IMG/VR virus record: IMGVR_UViG_3300045988_049214
Length of the DNA stretch: 43,579 bases
Source: a virus
Direction: 5' to 3' (one strand)
Both the position numbers and the translations under genes were made by a program. Below the pieces are notes generated by a model. The model searched no databases and was not told the origin of the DNA. It saw nothing but the letters and a program-made list of their open reading frames with translations. Shown piece by piece: positions 42,205-43,579 of this stretch (position 1 is its first letter; each line of letters starts with the position of its first letter).

Positions 42205-43026
42205 ATGGCAGATTTAAAAACAGCCTTAGCTGAAAAGGCAGCAGGACAGTCAAAAGATGTAAAAATCACAAAAAACATGAAGATTGAGGACATGATCAAG
42301 GTCATGTCGCCAGAGATCAAGAACGCACTTCCAGAGGTTATCACTCCTGAACGATTTACAAGAATGGCGCTCAGCACTTTAAATAACAATGTAAAACTTC
42401 GGGATTGCTCTCCCGTAACATTTTTGGCCGCTATGATGAATGCTGCACAGCTTGGCCTTGAGCCGAACACACCACTCGGTCAGGCTTACCTTATCCCGTA
42501 TAGGCATCATGGAAAGATGGAATGCCAATTTCAGATTGGCTATAAAGGTTTAATTGACCTTGTTTATAGGAATCCAAATATTCAGACAGTGCAAGCTCAG
42601 TGTGTCTATGAAAATGATACTTTTGAATATGAGTTAGGTCTTGAGCCAAAGCTGATTCATAAGCCGGCATTAACAGATAGAGGCAACTTAATCCTTGTCT
42701 ATGCTCTGTGGAAGTCACAGAACGGCGGATACGGTTTTGAGGTCATGAGTAAGGATGACATTGATGTTCGTGCAAGAAGATACAGCCAGTCATACGACAG
42801 CAGCTTTAGCCTGTGGAAGTCAAATTTTGAAGAAATGGCGAAGAAAACGGTTATAAAAAAATGCCTTAAATATGCACCTCTCCGATCAGACATCCTTAGA
42901 GCTGTCAGCAATGATGAAACGATCAAGAGCAGCATCAGCGTTGACATGTCTGAAGTCGCTCCTGATGAAGTAGCAGGCGAATATGAGGAAGTAGAGAGCG
43001 TTCAGGACGAATCGTTGAACGAATAG
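42205..43026 (+). CDS. recT: RecT-family single-strand annealing protein
   Basis: LGLEPNTPLGQAYLIPY...QFQIGYKGLIDLVYR is a RecT signature. Confidence 0.85.
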   Translation: MADLKTALAEKAAGQSKDVKITKNMKIEDMIKVMSPEIKNALPEVITPERFTRMALSTLNNNVKLRDCSPVTFLAAMMNAAQLGLEPNTPLGQAYLIPYRHHGKMECQFQIGYKGLIDLVYRNPNIQTVQAQCVYENDTFEYELGLEPKLIHKPALTDRGNLILVYALWKSQNGGYGFEVMSKDDIDVRARRYSQSYDSSFSLWKSNFEEMAKKTVIKKCLKYAPLRSDILRAVSNDETIKSSISVDMSEVAPDEVAGEYEEVESVQDESLNE

Positions 43027-43039
43027 AGAGGAGTAAAGA

Positions 43040-43579
43040 ATGAAAGGCTACAAAGGATTTAGAAAAGGTCTTATATGCAAAGGAAAACAATATGCAGAGA
43101 ATACTGTTTTTGAAGAAGAAGAAGCCGTGATTCTTAAAAAGGGGATGCATTTTTGCAAAAATCCGTTTGACGTTCTTGATTATTACGGCTTCGTAGATGA
43201 AAAAGGAAGTATGAACGAATTTGCAGAAGTTGAATCGTTAAATGACACATACACATATACAAACGATGATAAAAATTATTGCACGACCAAACTGAAGGTA
43301 GGTGCAAAGCTGTCGTTTGCCGGATTTGTTAAGACGTGCGTTGATTTTGTTCTCGAAAAAACGACGGTAGAGATAGGAGATGCCGACGAAAATAAGATTG
43401 TGTCTTCCGGGAACTATGCGCAGATCGGGTCTTCCGGTGACTCTGCGAAGATTGGGTCTTCCGGGTACTATGCGCAGATTGGGTCTTCCGGTGACTATGC
43501 GCAGATTGGGTCTTCCGGGTACTATGCGCAGATTGGGTCTTCCGGTGACTCTGCGCAGATTGGGTCTTCCGGTGACTCT
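43040..43579 (+). CDS. N-terminal part of the tandem-repeat protein (DUF7666-like N-domain followed by nonapeptide repeats); continues at nt 2 across the circular junction
   Basis: MKGYKGF...GMHFCKNPFDVLDYY N-domain, then SSG[DY][YS]A[QK]IG repeats. No stop before the window end. Confidence 0.7.
   Translation, partial: MKGYKGFRKGLICKGKQYAENTVFEEEEAVILKKGMHFCKNPFDVLDYYGFVDEKGSMNEFAEVESLNDTYTYTNDDKNYCTTKLKVGAKLSFAGFVKTCVDFVLEKTTVEIGDADENKIVSSGNYAQIGSSGDSAKIGSSGYYAQIGSSGDYAQIGSSGYYAQIGSSGDSAQIGSSGDS
43403..43579 (+). repeat. 27-nt in-frame tandem repeat (about 6.5 units)
   Basis: Direct reading; same family as 1-95. Confidence 0.95.

Overview
The window looks like a complete, circularly closed genome (about 43.5 kb) of a temperate siphovirus-like phage. 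The first 55 nt are identical to the last 55 nt. Gene content suggests a low-GC Firmicutes/Clostridia-type host. All calls come from reading the sequence and ORF track by eye; no database search was run.

Gene order on the + strand:
- Replication/recombination module (wraps the junction): YqaJ-like exonuclease, RecT, a tandem-repeat protein, PAPS-reductase-like PP-loop enzyme, PD-(D/E)xK resolvase-like nuclease, replisome organizer with an embedded HNH domain, G39P-like helicase loader.
- Small regulators.
- Packaging and head: terS, terL, SPP1-type portal, MuF-like protein, gp10-like protein, scaffold, capsid.
- Connectors and tail: major tail protein, chaperone with a -1 frameshift, tape measure, Dit, Tal-position protein.
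- Three putative receptor-binding proteins.
- Lysis cassette.

The clearest special feature is a diversity-generating retroelement. VR (23163-23264) lies in the C-terminus of the 863-aa tail fibre, TR is at 23374-23475 and the RT at 23698-24924. Substitutions are adenine-specific and no Avd-like gene is recognisable.

Downstream of lysis:
- An apparently intact IS3-family element (27.5-29.0 kb), flanked by or inserted into a long palindrome.
- A 3.2-kb cargo block of Q/N-rich, Gly-rich membrane and BclA-C/TNF-like proteins.
- Two minus-strand mini-operons (AP2-AbrB fusion, small AbrB protein, three small mostly acidic proteins), each driven by a copy of the same 57-bp consensus promoter plus palindromic operator.
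- A large serine integrase followed by a 48-bp attP-like palindrome.
- An immunity region with two XRE regulators, a lipoprotein and divergent consensus promoters.

Other observations: a conserved TTTGCAGTTACRGTA motif at operon starts, iteron-like repeats inside the replication-initiator gene, and palindromic repeats inside terS (pac candidate).

No rRNA, tRNA or CRISPR array was seen.
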